Below are positions 34,378 to 47,580 of a stretch of 64,000 nucleotides of DNA, in pieces. Position numbers and translations under genes: made by a program. Each line of letters starts with the position of its first letter. Positions within the stretch are counted from its first letter, which is position 1. The notes under the pieces were generated by a model. The model was not told the DNA's origin. It saw nothing but the letters and a program-made list of their open reading frames with translations, and searched no databases. Source of the DNA: Minutocellus sp. GHC0000111 (taxonomy: Eukaryota); the NCBI GenBank assembly GCA_977018835.1, contig OZ361258.1, positions 2,604,001-2,668,000 of the forward strand. Direction: 5' to 3'.

Positions 34378-37300
34378 TTAAGCGTTCGCGTGGTGGCGGA
34401 ACGGGTTCGTCCTTATACCATTTCGACCAAGCGGGCCGAATGAGGGTTGAAGCTGACCAAAACACTCTACCGGTAGATTGCCACCTACATTTTCTAGCTC
34501 TTCGGCCATCTACTCGAAATGATAACAATGATGAAAGTGAGCAGAGAAAGTATGAGGTAGATGTACAGAGAATAATTGCAAATGTATTGCATTGGAAGAA
34601 CAACTCACCTCACTGAGACATAAGAAATTTTCTCTCCCAGCACCATCTTCTTCCGACTCTCCCTCTCCTTCTGGCGCTGGGGGTTGTAAGTGACGAGCCT
34701 GCCGCTTTCTCTCTGATAGTTGATATACATCATCATGATGTCGGCACTCTTCTTTGAGTATCCGATAACGGGGGGCAATCGCACGGCCTATGAAAGCGAG
34801 AAGGAGGCGCACAAATCTTTACATGTCAGAAAAAGAAGCGAGTTTAAAATTCTTGTAGGGCGCAGAGCAAGGGTTACTCACCTTTGTAGCCGTTGTGTAC
34901 TGGAAGCTCATGTGATAAATCAAGTGCTCCAGATTCTCTTGAGTGAGGGGAGTTTCATCTTCATCTGAAGGACGTTCATTTTCATTCAGAAGAGTCCGGT
35001 ACAAGACGGGCTTGCTTGTGCCTTTCAATCCTCCATGCGCAGTCAAAAGAAACGAGGAAGCATTCAAGCCAGTGCCAGATAATATCTGGAGCTGCTCGCC
35101 ACTCAGGACGGTACCACTGTGAACGTTGTTTTTACAGAATTTTGCGGATCTTCTGGCACCACCTTTATATTGTGCTGGCTTTGGCAGAGCAAATACGCTG
35201 AAGGAGCAAAATAGAAGCGAAAGATCAAATACGAATCAGACAACTCCTGAATGGAAAGGAAGGAAGATTCAAGAAATGATACTCACTGGTAGGGAGCGCT
35301 CCGTCTTGACAGGAAGAATCGCCTCGCGTTTCCCTAAAGAACTCTACAAGAGCTGATCTAATACAGCTCATCTCGTGATTGTGAATTCTACTTAGATTGC
35401 CTTCCGACAAACCATCTCGGATAAAGAGAAGACGCTACATACGTTAAAAAGTGGGAATCACAAAAAAAAAGAACAAAGAACTGTGAGAAGTCTCCGGACG
35501 GATAATCGATACCACAGTGCAGTGTTGATGGAAAGAAAGAGGGCTGCAGTAAAAACTTACCTGCGGCTCAACTTTATTGTGCTGATAAAAGTGTAATGCC
35601 AGCGTTTTCACAAGAGCCTTGAGTACGGAAGGATGGATGAGCTCACTTTTATCCTGAGTCCTAATGTCCTGCCCCATCTGCATAAGCCCGCGGTCGAGAC
35701 CTACGCTGCCACAGATGATGCAAAGAGCATTCTGCCCAATGCCACTGGATGTCGTCACTCCAATGACAAGGGTTGGCTTTTCGGAGACCCATGGAAGAAA
35801 ATGATCCTGGTCTACCATCAAACGAGGTACTCCAGGCTCGAGTTTCGCCAAATACTGACGAAGCAAGCTTCTCGTTAATCTTGATTGCGAGATTAGATAA
35901 ACTACACAAACAAAAAATGATGCATGAGTCAGAATTGAAGGAGGTGCATTGTTATGAGACGGATTGTTGTCTTTCCATGAATAAATGTATGCATATTTGC
36001 AATAGAACTGAACTCACTATTGGTCCGGGCTTCGTTGTTTTGAGAATTTTGATGCAGCAGCATTCTAAAAGTAGGGAATTTCAAGCAGGAAAGAGGGAGA
36101 TGTGAGGGACACTCAATGCCTGGCTTACATTCTAAATACATAATTTCATGGATCAATGACTTCACGGAACGCTTACCTGATTTGGGACGCCAAACCCGGC
36201 ATTGGTCACGTATTTGACCACACTATAATTTGATTTGTTATCATCTCTTGTGAGAGAAAAAACGATCGAGGGGCATTCGAAATCTCTTTCGTTGGCGAGA
36301 ATCAAAGGCATGGGGTCGCCGCGAAAATCTCCGTCTTGTAACTTTTCCCATCCTCGAGTTCATAGACAAACCTCACATTATTTCCTGCATCATTGGGATG
36401 AAATCCCGCATCCTCCCATTGACTTTTACCTGATGGCAACGGCGTTTGGTATCTATAATAATTTGCATGCGAAAGGAGCAATAGTGATGTGAAATATGAA
36501 TTGAGAACGACAACATAGATGGGTCCAGATTAGCCAAAACTGACTTACCAAAGCGATAATCGAATGGGTCGAAATATCCACGGCCACGAACTTGCACTGT
36601 AAGTCTCACATAATAATCCTTCCCGTCTTGAGGATTCGTGACCCTGTGCGTCGGGGGCTGTACACGTTTAGGTAGGATCATGTTGAAACCTTCAGCTGCA
36701 CTATTTCTCGGAGGCATGACAAGGGCCTCTGTCACCACACCACTGTCTTGACGGTAAAGCGTCTTGAACCAAATTTTGTGATGGCTGAAGTAATTCTCTG
36801 CATCGTAAAGAAAGAACTGCTTTGCATGCTGGATTGCACGAGTAACCCCTTCTTCAACCTACCGATTTCGCAATGAATTGATGAGATGTTGAAAATTCAT
36901 GTGAGCAAGGGACTGACACAAAGCGGGTGGACTGCAATTATAACTCGTTCAAACATACCTGATTACGATCGCGATCACCAGAATACTTGATGAGATTGCG
37001 AAGAGCTCTACTTGGCGAGTCGCCATCAAAAACAGGCACTCCTGACTCATTTTCGAGGCCGTGGGCATGTAAGCGCTTAAATAGCTGGGCAAAGTATCGC
37101 TCTGTCGAACTCTTATCTGCCATGCTCACGAAGAAAAAGAGTGAAATCTCGCAGGGCGAGCAAAAACCTGAGCGATACGTCGTTGATCTGCCAACCTCCA
37201 ATCGCCATTATTTACTTGTGCAGGATTGGCTTCGGAGAAGTGAAGCTTTGGTTCGCTCTCCACCTTTCCATTGAAAGACTGGGGTTCGACATCAATCTTC

Positions 37301-39639
37301 ATTCCAAAACGGCTTAAGAAATCACTATGGGTCAAACCATTCTTTTCAAGATCGTTGGCGATGCGAACCATTTCTCTAATTCGATCAACACTTTCGCGCC
37401 CAGGCCGCTCATCATTGTACTGCAGTGCTGCGGTCAGCTTTTGATTATCAGCATCTCGGGTTTTCCCGAATTCTTGAGATAAGAATTCAATCGGAAACCA
37501 CTCATCAACGAAACCATCTCTCATTTTGACACGTCCTGTTTTGATCAGGGGCATGTTTGGGTATTTAAGACGTATGCCGTAATTCTCGTAAAAGTAGGAC
37601 GCAACAGTGTGAGTAATTGTCGGCGCCGGAAGGGGGGCATCAGCAGTAGCCTCATCGCCTTCAACCAGGGCCGGTGGCTGATCTTGTCCCTGAACCTGTC
37701 TCGGTACAGTAAAACTATGCTCTTGTGGGTCATTGCATGCCCACTTGATATCTTTCGCCCTTTTATGAGATCGAACTTGCTTGCGCTTTTTTTCGATGAT
37801 ATCATCCGACTTTCCTCTTGCTCTCATCCCTAGTGTTGAGGATTAGCGAAGAAAAAGATGTGTTAGTAATCTCGCCGCGCAGTGGGATTGGCATGTCACG
37901 CAAGAAGCAAGGCCTTGTCTACTTACTATTCTCCCAGTTGCATCCAAGCTCTTTGGTGTATGCCACATGAAGGGTTAGCCTCTGAAGTGCTTTCTGGACA
38001 TCGGCTCGCACCCGTGGATCTGTTATCTTCTGATGTAAACTGTTGATGCGAACCCCAGCGATTGAACTGGTTCGTTCATCCAAAATGTAAACAGGACGAT
38101 TGTCTGGTGTTCGGTTCAAATCCACAAAATCAATGTCCGTGTCAGCTGTGAGGAGGAAGAGAGAGACAATAGAGGTATGAATATAATTAGAATACTTGCA
38201 AAGAGAATAACAGCGATACAGCAAAACATGAGAAGATCACCCTCCGTTCTTACCGACGAAATAGACACCTCCAGATCGATTGATCTGGATCGCAGTTTTC
38301 AATCCTGCATAAATGGCCTGCGCACGTGGATTTGTACAGTTGCGGAGAACTTCTCGGCTCAACTGGCTCAACTGACCGCTGTTTCTGAAATCTTTCTGCG
38401 TGGCTTCCGGAAAGTAGAACAATCGGTCCGACCTGCCCAAAAGTTTCATTCCCGAGAACAGAGCTGCATTCTTGTAAACAATATCGATGCACTGTTTCAC
38501 CACCTGGATCTGCTGGAGGACTTGCTGCAGGTACTCCTGCTCTCCAGTGGCTCTAGCCAATTGACCATTGAAAATCTGACGGATGGTGTCATAAGAAATC
38601 ACCTCGACCTCCTTAAGTTTCACTATCTTCCATTCATACTTGGCACTATGTACAAAAGAGATGCGAGAGAAGAAGTTGTTATATATCAGTGATGTTTCAG
38701 ATGTTGTTGAGCCACTCAACCTTGGTCCGAGAAACACGAATACAAGGATTCAAATAAATCAACTCACCGTTCAGCGTCGGGCGCATCGGCATCGGTGTCG
38801 GCTAGAATCCTGACCTCGTAATGCCTCTCGAGAGCACCCTCAGGTGCAGGGTCATCTCCGCCGCCGCCGCCGGGACCATTGCCTCCTCCCCCTCCTCCAG
38901 CAGGGGGGGCTGCGGCCGGGCCATACTTTCCTGCATCAGAGCGAACCATTACCCAGTCACCCGCACCCTCGCTGGAAATCTTCTTGGTCTCAGTAAACAA
39001 CTGCTTCGGCGCCACAATCTTATTGCCGCCGTCGAATGCAAAGATGATGCTTTGATCATCTGCCTGCAACTTATCGTACAAAGCACCCAGGGCCCTCCTC
39101 GAGACGGCGTTTCCACCCTTTTCGAGATCCAGGGCCTTTTCTACTCCGCTACGAAGCTTGGGAACGACATGGAATTGCCAAGGCTCGATCGGCAATCCGT
39201 CAGGTCCAACCTTCTTCCGCCGAGCGGCATCGATGATATCGGCATGATACACCACCCAGGACCCGCCGTTGGACGACATATCGCACAGAACCTTGAAGAA
39301 GTTGGTCAGCACTTTGTAGGGTTCGTTGGGTGCCGGACGTGGGGCGGAGTAACGGTTACCTCCTCCGCGTCCTCCTCCCCTGCCGCCTCCGCCTCCGCCG
39401 CGACCCTGGAAACCTCGACCACCCCCGCCTCCTCCACCATAACCCCCGCCGCCATCGCGCCGTCCATCACGGGACCTGTCCCGCTGATATCCGCCCCCGC
39501 CCCCGCCGCTTCCGGAACCGTATCTTTCTCGTTCACGTCCCCGGCTGTGGTCGTCGGAGTAGCGGTCGCCGCCGCCGCCTCCTCGACGGTCTCCGCCGTA
39601 GCCCGAGCCGCGATAATCACCGCCGCCGCGGTGGCTCAT
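34378..39639 (-). CDS. AGO: Argonaute (RGG-rich N-terminus, N, L1, PAZ, MID, PIWI); ~11 introns; predicted non-slicer
   Basis: RGG N-terminus, VLTNFF, PAZ TVASYFYENYGIRLKYPNMP...FPIEF, MID YSVVKY...GVPNQ...NLAIKINEKL, PIWI PTLVIGV, IRDGLSEG, SGTVL, AHGGLKGTSKPVLY, VRLPPVIGYS. GT-AG introns, e.g. 38646-38767, 36430-36548, 35435-35560. About 5 apparent frameshifts; last exon is inferred. Confidence 0.9.
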
Positions 39640-39937
39640 GGTGATATTGTTGCGTTGTGTTCTCTTTGTCTACTACAAGTTGTTGGTTCTCTCTGCTGAG
39701 CAGCAGCAGCAGCTGTCAACAGCTCTGTCAACCCAAGCACCCAAGCCGATGCAAGGCGATGCAAGCAGGCAGATGCAGCAGATGCTTCCAGCACAAGTTT
39801 CCGGGTTACACTCGTCATGTCAGCACCAGCAACCGCCAAACCGCGAAACGTCAACCGCCAGATCCAACCAACTGTCACATGCATTCCGGCAAGTCGTTGG
39901 ACGGGTTGAGGACGGTTGTATAATAGCAAACACCTCC

Positions 39938-42900
39938 ATGAATACACCCAACACGGTCAAGAGAAGGAGGAGGAGGATGGGGTGGAAATCCCAATCGTCT
40001 TCTTCTTCACTTTTCGTGCTGCTGCTCGGGCTTTTGCTGACCAGCGGTCCAATTCACAGAACACAACAGCAGCATGATGTTGAGAATAATAACGACATCG
40101 ACGCAGCAGATATCATTCGATCGGGCTTCCACTCTTCTGTCTTTGGCGTCCAAATATTAGGTGTAGCACATGCCTTTGCTCCAGAATCTCGTGCAATCGC
40201 ACCGACAAACTCTGCAGATGCTGGTTCGATCTCTCGTCATCCTAAATTGCAAATGGCCAAGCTGGGAACGATGCCCGAATATTCCTTTGACGATGCACCA
40301 TCGGGCAACGGCGGCGGCAACACCCAGCGCGAGATCCGCCAGCTTCGCGGCGACATATCCAAGACCGATGCCAGGCTCAAGAAGTTGCGCAAGGAATCGG
40401 CCAAGATGGATGCCGCTGGCGGTACTGCGAGTAGGACGGCAGCGTCAACGTCCGCATCGTCTGCCATTGGGACCGCATTTCGGACGCTGCTTACGCCCGT
40501 GGCGGCTTTGGGTGCCGGGAGGTCGTATCTGCAGCAGCGCAATGAGGTGCAAGAGGAGATTGCCCGAACAGAGGCCGAGCTGCAGGCCAAGAAGGAGGCA
40601 CTGGAGCGTGTGGAGAAGTTCACTGGGGTGAGTGATTTGCTTGTGGTTTAACTTGATGTTGCATTTCTATGAAAGATTCTTGCATGCATTTCTTTGCACC
40701 ACACAGTACAATACTCGCTCTCTCTCAACTCGATTGATGCATGCTTCTATTGTCAATTCCATATATTTTACTGCGTCATAGCCAACTCTTGCCGCTGGGA
40801 CGGTAGCACTGGGTGCTGCTCTGATCGGAATCCCAGCTGTATTGGAAGCACCCAAGAGTGGTCCTACTCCCACCACCTCACCCTCTACCCTCGGTGTCAA
40901 GGCGATGGACTCGTCCAAGTCGGCAAACACGAAAACCTTAGCCGAGCAGAAGGCCAGGGCCATTGCAATGAAACAAAGGGAGCAGCAGGAAATTCGAGCT
41001 CGGGAGGTTCAGGAGCAGGAAAGAATTGCTGCCGCCGAGAGGAGGAGGGAGGCGGCCGAAAGATTTGAACAGGAGCGGATTGCTGCCGCAAAGAAGGCCG
41101 AAGCCGAGAGAATTGAGCAGGAAAGGATTGCCGCCGCCGAAAAGAGAGCCGAGGCCGAAAGGTTAGAACAAGAGCGGATTGCCGCCGAGAGAAAGGCGGA
41201 AGCTGCCAGGATTGAAGCTCAGAGAATTGAACAAGAACGAATTGCTGCCGAGAGAAAGGCTGAAGCTGCCAGGATCCAGGCAGAAAGGGAAAAGGCTGAA
41301 GCTGCCAGGGCTGAAGCTGCCAGGATTGAACAAGAGCGGATTGCTGCCGAAAGAAGGGCAGAGGAAGCAAGGATCCAGGCAGAAAGAGAAAAGGCAGAAG
41401 CTGCCAGGATTGAAGCCCAGAGAATCGAACAAGAACGGATTGCTGCCGAGAAAAGGGCGGAGGCTGCAAAGATTGAAACTGAGAGAATTGAACGAGAGCG
41501 AGCAATGGAAAGGCAACGTATTGAGGCAGGACAAAACTCCGAAGAAAGTATTCCACCGTCACCATCAAGTTGGTTTGATTTGAATGCAGAAAAGGAAGCG
41601 GCAGAACGAGCTTTGGCCGTATTTGCAGAGCAAAAGCTACAAAACGCAGGCGATTCCTTTTCGAGCGCAGCATATAGACCGGGCGATGTCAAGGTTGATA
41701 TTTCACAGTTTGCTGTTCCTGGAGTAGCAGTACTTTCAGCGGCGATCGGTACTCTTGCGGCATTCGCTAAGAAGAATACTGACGATGCCGTCGAAGCAGC
41801 AGGAGACTTGAATGTAACCACTGCCAACACTACAGCAAGTGGGCTGACTGGTAGGGGCAATGTGACATCATCGCCATTTTCGACCTCCAATACACCCTTC
41901 CAACCAACCGCTGGGGAGAAGAAATCAAATTTTAATTCTGGCTTCCGATCTACGAGCACCGCAGTTGCCAACCCACCATCGCCGCCGTCACCTACCAGTA
42001 CTAGTAAGCCTTTGATATCAAAACCATCATCCACGAATGCTGATGTCATGCAGGCCCCAGGCAAGGCTACTCCTTTGACCAATCCCTTCACTTCCACATC
42101 AAATACTGCATTCGCTGATAAGGGCACTGCAAAATTCCCAAGCCAATTCGATCGCCAGAAACCCTCGGATAAAACAGAACCGACAAAGGATGTTGCAGTC
42201 AAGACCGGGCCATTTGCTCAGTTTGGTGGAGTTGCCAAGCAAGCGCCGAAGAAGGACGAGTCGCAGAACGCATCATTCGGTGGCAGCGCCAGTATTCCTA
42301 CCCCTTCGGGTACTGGGCCCACGTCCAAGGATTCTCCGTCACTGACAAGCAACAGACCTTCGCTGATTGATGAAATGGACTCTGTCATTGCAACTCGCGG
42401 AATTTCTGATTCAATAAAAAAGGAGAGCGCAGACAAAGCGGCGAAATTCGACAAGTTAGGGAGCGGAAGCGCTGGTATTCAGTCATTCATTGAAAAAGAT
42501 GGCGATAGCAGCGACGGAAGTCGAAAGGGTCCTATTATTTTGCCAGCGGCTGGAAGTGCTGGTGAAGCGAGCACTGGAGGTATTGAGAGTGGCAAGGACG
42601 TGGCGTCGGCGCAGCAAAAGTTGAGAACTGGAGGCAGTGCTGCTGGCGAAAAAGAGAAGTCAAGAGAGGGGCCAATACTGCTTGGGGCGCCAAAGTCGAA
42701 AGCAGGCCCAGGACCTTCACCGGCTCTTGCGACAAACCCATTCGATCGAGTTGGTTCTAAAGATGTGCTTTCTCCGTCCGGTTCCTCCGTTCCGATTGCG
42801 TCGAAACAAGACAAAGAGTCGCCAGCCCAAAAGACAAATCCCTTTGATCAGTTTGCATCATCTCCTCGATCTGCTACAGTATCAGGACCTACAACAGTCT

Positions 42901-44705
42901 CGACACCTACTATAGCCGGGGACAAAAAATCAGCGGGAGGAATACCGGCACCAAATGTTTCACGTAAGGCCAATCCGTTCGATCAATTTTCTTCACAATC
43001 GCCCGCAGTAGATTCAAGTGATACCAAAAAGCCAGAATCTGTCAATCCTTTTGATCAGTTTGCCAAACCCAAACCCTCAGTTGGCGGCACTTCTCAACCA
43101 TCGTTTGGAGCAAAGGCGAACGGTGATGCCAAGCAGACAACCAATCCTTTTGATAAGCTCGCTAAACCCAAACCCTCAGTTGGCGGCACTTCTCAACCAT
43201 CGTTTGGAGCAAAGGCGAATGGTGATACCAAGCTGACCACCAATCCTTTTGGCCGATTCAGCAGTGGAACGCCTGAGCCTACAAAATCAAATGTCCCAAT
43301 TGGCCAGCCTTTACAAGACAGCGAAAAGCCCCAGTCAATAGGCAGCTCAGAACAAAAAAGCAAATCATCATCCTCGCCATTTCAGAATATAGCCAAAGCT
43401 CTCAGCCCGAAAGACGAAGGAATCATCGACGAAGTAAAGCAAGTAGCAAGGCAACAGCAAGAGGCGCAAAGCGTAAAGGGAAATGACGGGCCATCCTTTG
43501 CCGAAAACAAGAGAGAAGAGGCGCGGAAAGCATATGTCAATGCCGAGAGGCTCGGCCAATCGAAGTCCAATTATGAGATGCAGAATGGTAATATCAATGG
43601 TGGATCCTCGGCGTATGTGACTCCATCTCAGATGCAACAGCAGCAAGAGAAGTATCCTGCCGGCAACGCTGCAGGACGTCAACTGGACGACTTTTCACAG
43701 ATTTATTCGTCATCGTCGAGGAAAGTACAGCAGTCTCAACCGCGACAAGTCACGCCGATGGCACCACCAGCGGTCGCGCCAGTAGAGCAAGTTCAGACCA
43801 TGCCGAGGTCAAAAATGGCGTCTACTTCAACATCTGAAGCCCCGCAACCTGCACAGCAACAATACCCTGCAGGTAGCTCTGCAGGATCTAGATTGTCCGA
43901 CTTTTCCCAGATGTATTCCTCATCGTCAAGGAAAGCACCGCCGTCTCAACCGCGACAAGTCGCACCAGTAGAACAGGTGCGCACTACGCCAAGGTCAAAC
44001 CTGCAACCTACTCCATCCTTTGAGGCTCCAAAAGCTACGCAGCAACAATACCCTGCTGGTAATGCTGCAGAAGCTAGATTGTCCGACTTCTCGCAGATGT
44101 ATCAACAGGGCAATAACGGCGCACCAAAGCAAATGTCTACAACGCCGGCAGCGATAAGGAACGAGAGGGCCGATTCAAATCGAATGCCTGTTGCCGCCAG
44201 CAGCAGACAACTTGAACGCTTACAAATTCCTACTGAGAGTGTTGCTGATGGATGGGAGAGAGTTGAGATACAGTGGAAAGTAGGGGGGCGGCATTTCGCA
44301 TCAATCGATCGCAAACGACTCAACAGTCCCAAAGAATTGGCACTCGGAAATAATGGATTTTCCCTTCAGTTGCATTTTGATGGACAGGGTGTTGCAGTCT
44401 CGTTGAGTCTTGAGAATATGCAAACGAATATGCGCATGCGCAATCTCAAGGTCTATGTTTACTGCTATGATGGGCTTGAGCCAGTTGTTGCCCATGCTGC
44501 TGACTTGGAGAGGAGTGCAGGGGAAACAGAGGTCGAGTTACTTGTCCCTTCCAATGGCTTGCGCACAATCTCAACGGGCCTATCACCCTTTATCTTTGCA
44601 AACAGGGACGGGCAGATGGCAGAAGCAACGCGCCAGATGCTGTACGATCAAGCCAAAAGAGATGTCTTGAGGGTTTACGCAACATTTGATGTGGCACCTC
44701 TTTGA
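39938..44705 (+). CDS. Unknown repeat-rich membrane protein (hydrophobic leader + AHA-FAP motif, charged helical repeats, NPF repeats); 1 intron
   Basis: Exon 1 39938-40627, intron 40628-40781, in frame with the 40842..44705 ORF. Short hydrophobic segments; [15 protein letters not shown] repeats; globular C-terminus. Confidence 0.7.
43044..43250 (+). repeat. Coding tandem repeat, ~2.1 x 99 bp (33 aa)
   Basis: Units start at 43044, 43143 and 43242 ([33 protein letters not shown]). Confidence 0.9.
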
Positions 44706-44730
44706 TCAAAATAGAGATACATTTTAAAAA

Positions 44731-47262
44731 TTACTTTCTCAACCTCTTCTTGAACAAAGGATGGCGTTTTGTTGTTCCACCGATCTCACGATATCGCATA
44801 CCACTTCCACCAGAAAGCTGTGCCATTGTGCTGCCCGCGGTACGCTTGACTCCAGCATCAGCCAAAGCTGCTCCGTCTGCATTGCTCTTGCGGATGGCTG
44901 TATCTTCTTGTCTCTGCTCCTTCTCCATTTCTGTATCACTCGTAAGAAGGATTCGAAGGAGATCACGGTCCTTTTCAGGCGTCGAGTATACGTAATTATT
45001 GATCTTGGCTTCCATATCAGCACGTTCACAAAGGTTTGTAACAATCTTGAAAGTGTAGCCCTGATCAATGAGGTATTGCTGTCGCTTGGCAGAGTAAAAC
45101 ATCTCTTGAGTATCGGTACTGACCAAAGTATAAAAGAAGGCATTGAAGGATGATCGATTGGACCCATCCGTCTGCGTGTAGGATTTGGGTCGCAGGATAC
45201 GGCCAAGGCGCTGAGCTTCTTGACGACGCGATCCAAAGTGAGATGATACCTGAATAATCACATTGGCCTCGGGAAGGTCGATGGACGTATCGCCAACCTT
45301 ACTGATGCAAATTGTCCGCACAGCGCTGGTAAGTGAAGGGGTTACACATGGGGTTACACATACGAGAAACAATGAGGGTGCGGTGAGTGGAAAGACAACG
45401 ACAAGAATGGACTTAAGGTTGTAGGAGAAGATAGCCAAAAAAACTTACTCGGTTGAACGGAAGGTGCCCAAAATAGCTTGGCGTTCTCTCTCAGGAGTTT
45501 CACCATAAATAAGTGGCCGCTTCAACATGTCGGCGTACATTTTCAGGGAGTAGACCAAGTCACTGAAAACAATGATCTTGTCACCACGTTCTTCATGGAA
45601 ACGAACCAAGAACTCCACTGCACGAAGCTTGCTAGGATTCATAACGTAAAGAAGCTGTTTCAGCCTAGCGTTGGCTGCCGACAAGTATTCCGTCATAAAT
45701 GGAGCCGTCATGGGACACCACACCTCCACGCACTGCACATTGGCAAGATATCCCTGCGCCGTCAGATCCATCCAGTTGGCCTCGTACAGCTTAGGGCCGA
45801 TCAAGAAATTGAGATCGGCAATAAGATCATCCTCTCTCACCAAAGTGGCGGTCAATCCCAGCCGACAGTGAGCCTTGACGGATCCCACTACCCGACGGAA
45901 CATCTTGGCAGGTACCACGTGCACTTCGTCCATGAGCATCAACCCCCATTCCCTACTTTGGATGGCGTTCATCACTTCCGCACTTTGTGCCGATCTTCGA
46001 CCACCGTAGGAAATCATCGTGTACGTGGTGATCAAAAGACAACCATCCGGATGGATGGGATCTTTCTTGTCAGAGGTAAAGCACGAGATGCGCTCTTCGG
46101 GGATATTGGTCCACAATTTGAACTGATACTTCCACTGCAATACCGACACTGCATTGGTACAAAGACAAACGACGCTCTTCTTGATGGTTTGGGCGGCGGT
46201 GACGCCCGTCAACGTCTTACCGGCGCCACAGGGCAGAACGATGATGCCCGATCGAGCACGACCGTTTCCAAACATTTTGGCCAACGACCGTTCCTGATAC
46301 CGACGAATACGCGTGTGGGGCTTGAGGTCCATGGGCAAATCAGGATTTACTCTATCGTTGCGAAAGTCGTACTCTTCCATCAGCGGGTAGTCCAGCTCGA
46401 TTGCCTGCCGCTTGACGGTTTCCACCATCTCTCCCTTGACTTGGAACGACACCGTCGTCAACGCTGGGGTCGATGATGGCTTGTTGACCGGCCGACCCTC
46501 CAGATCGAGCTCTTCGTCATCGGAATCATCATCGTCGGGCTCACGGAGCATCTTGAGATTCTCATCCATCTCCTCGGCCTTGGTACTGACCACGAAGCCA
46601 TCGACGTCCTTTTCACCGGCTCCTCCGCCCCCCGCTCCGGCAGCTGCACCCACATCTTCGGATACACGAGCCCGGCTGATCTCGGGATCACGCAATAGCT
46701 CCCTCAGCACGCTGGGGTGTTCACTCTCCACATAAAACTTGTTCGATTTGAGCACAAGCTTGGCCTTGCCATACCGCTTGGTGCACTCCCTGACGAAGGT
46801 CGCCACGCTTTCCGGCAGCTCATTTTTGCTCAGTCGCGACAGCACCCGGACGATGCTTTCTGTGTCGATATTGGTCGCCACGGCCGCATACAGCGAGTAG
46901 GGCGTCAACTTGTACTCGTGGAGGAATTCGGGACGGGCCACTGGTTCCGCCACGGCGACCAGAAAGTCATACGCCGAGATGTACAGCTCGTGGAACGTCT
47001 CGAGGAAGATGTGACCGTCGGGACAGACCCAGCACGGCCGGGCCACGTGATCGGGCTTGAGGGGCATGTTGGAGAAGTCGGCACCGGACCCAAAGGCATC
47101 TCCGCCGCCAGCTCCCGAGGAGAGCACGCCCATCTTCCCACCGCCGCCGCCTTGCGAGGCACCACCATCGTTCGAGACGAGGATGGCCTCCCGATTGGCG
47201 GCACGAAGGACCAGCTTCCGGGCCGAGGCGTACTCGGTCTCACCGTCGTCTTCTCCCGCCAT
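44731..47262 (-). CDS. XPB: TFIIH DNA helicase XPB (ERCC3/Ssl2); 1 intron
   Basis: [66 protein letters not shown]. Intron 45326-45448. Confidence 0.97.
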
Positions 47263-47580
47263 TGTTGCAGCCAACTAAACTTGACTATGAATCAGACTCA
47301 GTGTTGAAACCGCGAGCGGCGTAGTGCGTTGCTCGTGCTGGAGTGGTCAAGCAACTTCGAAGCAAACTGGGCATGCGGCGCCATTGGCATGCAAGCATGG
47401 TCGATCAGACGCTCTGCTGGGCATCAGCAGGATGGGCATGGGTACGGGTCGGCATGACAAACACCCGGAAATCCCACCACATCAGGCGCCCGCAAGTCAC
47501 TTGCAAACTACCGCAGTCAAACCGCCACAGAAGCGACGGAGACACCTCCCAACCCGCTCACAGTGCACGGCCCAGATAAC

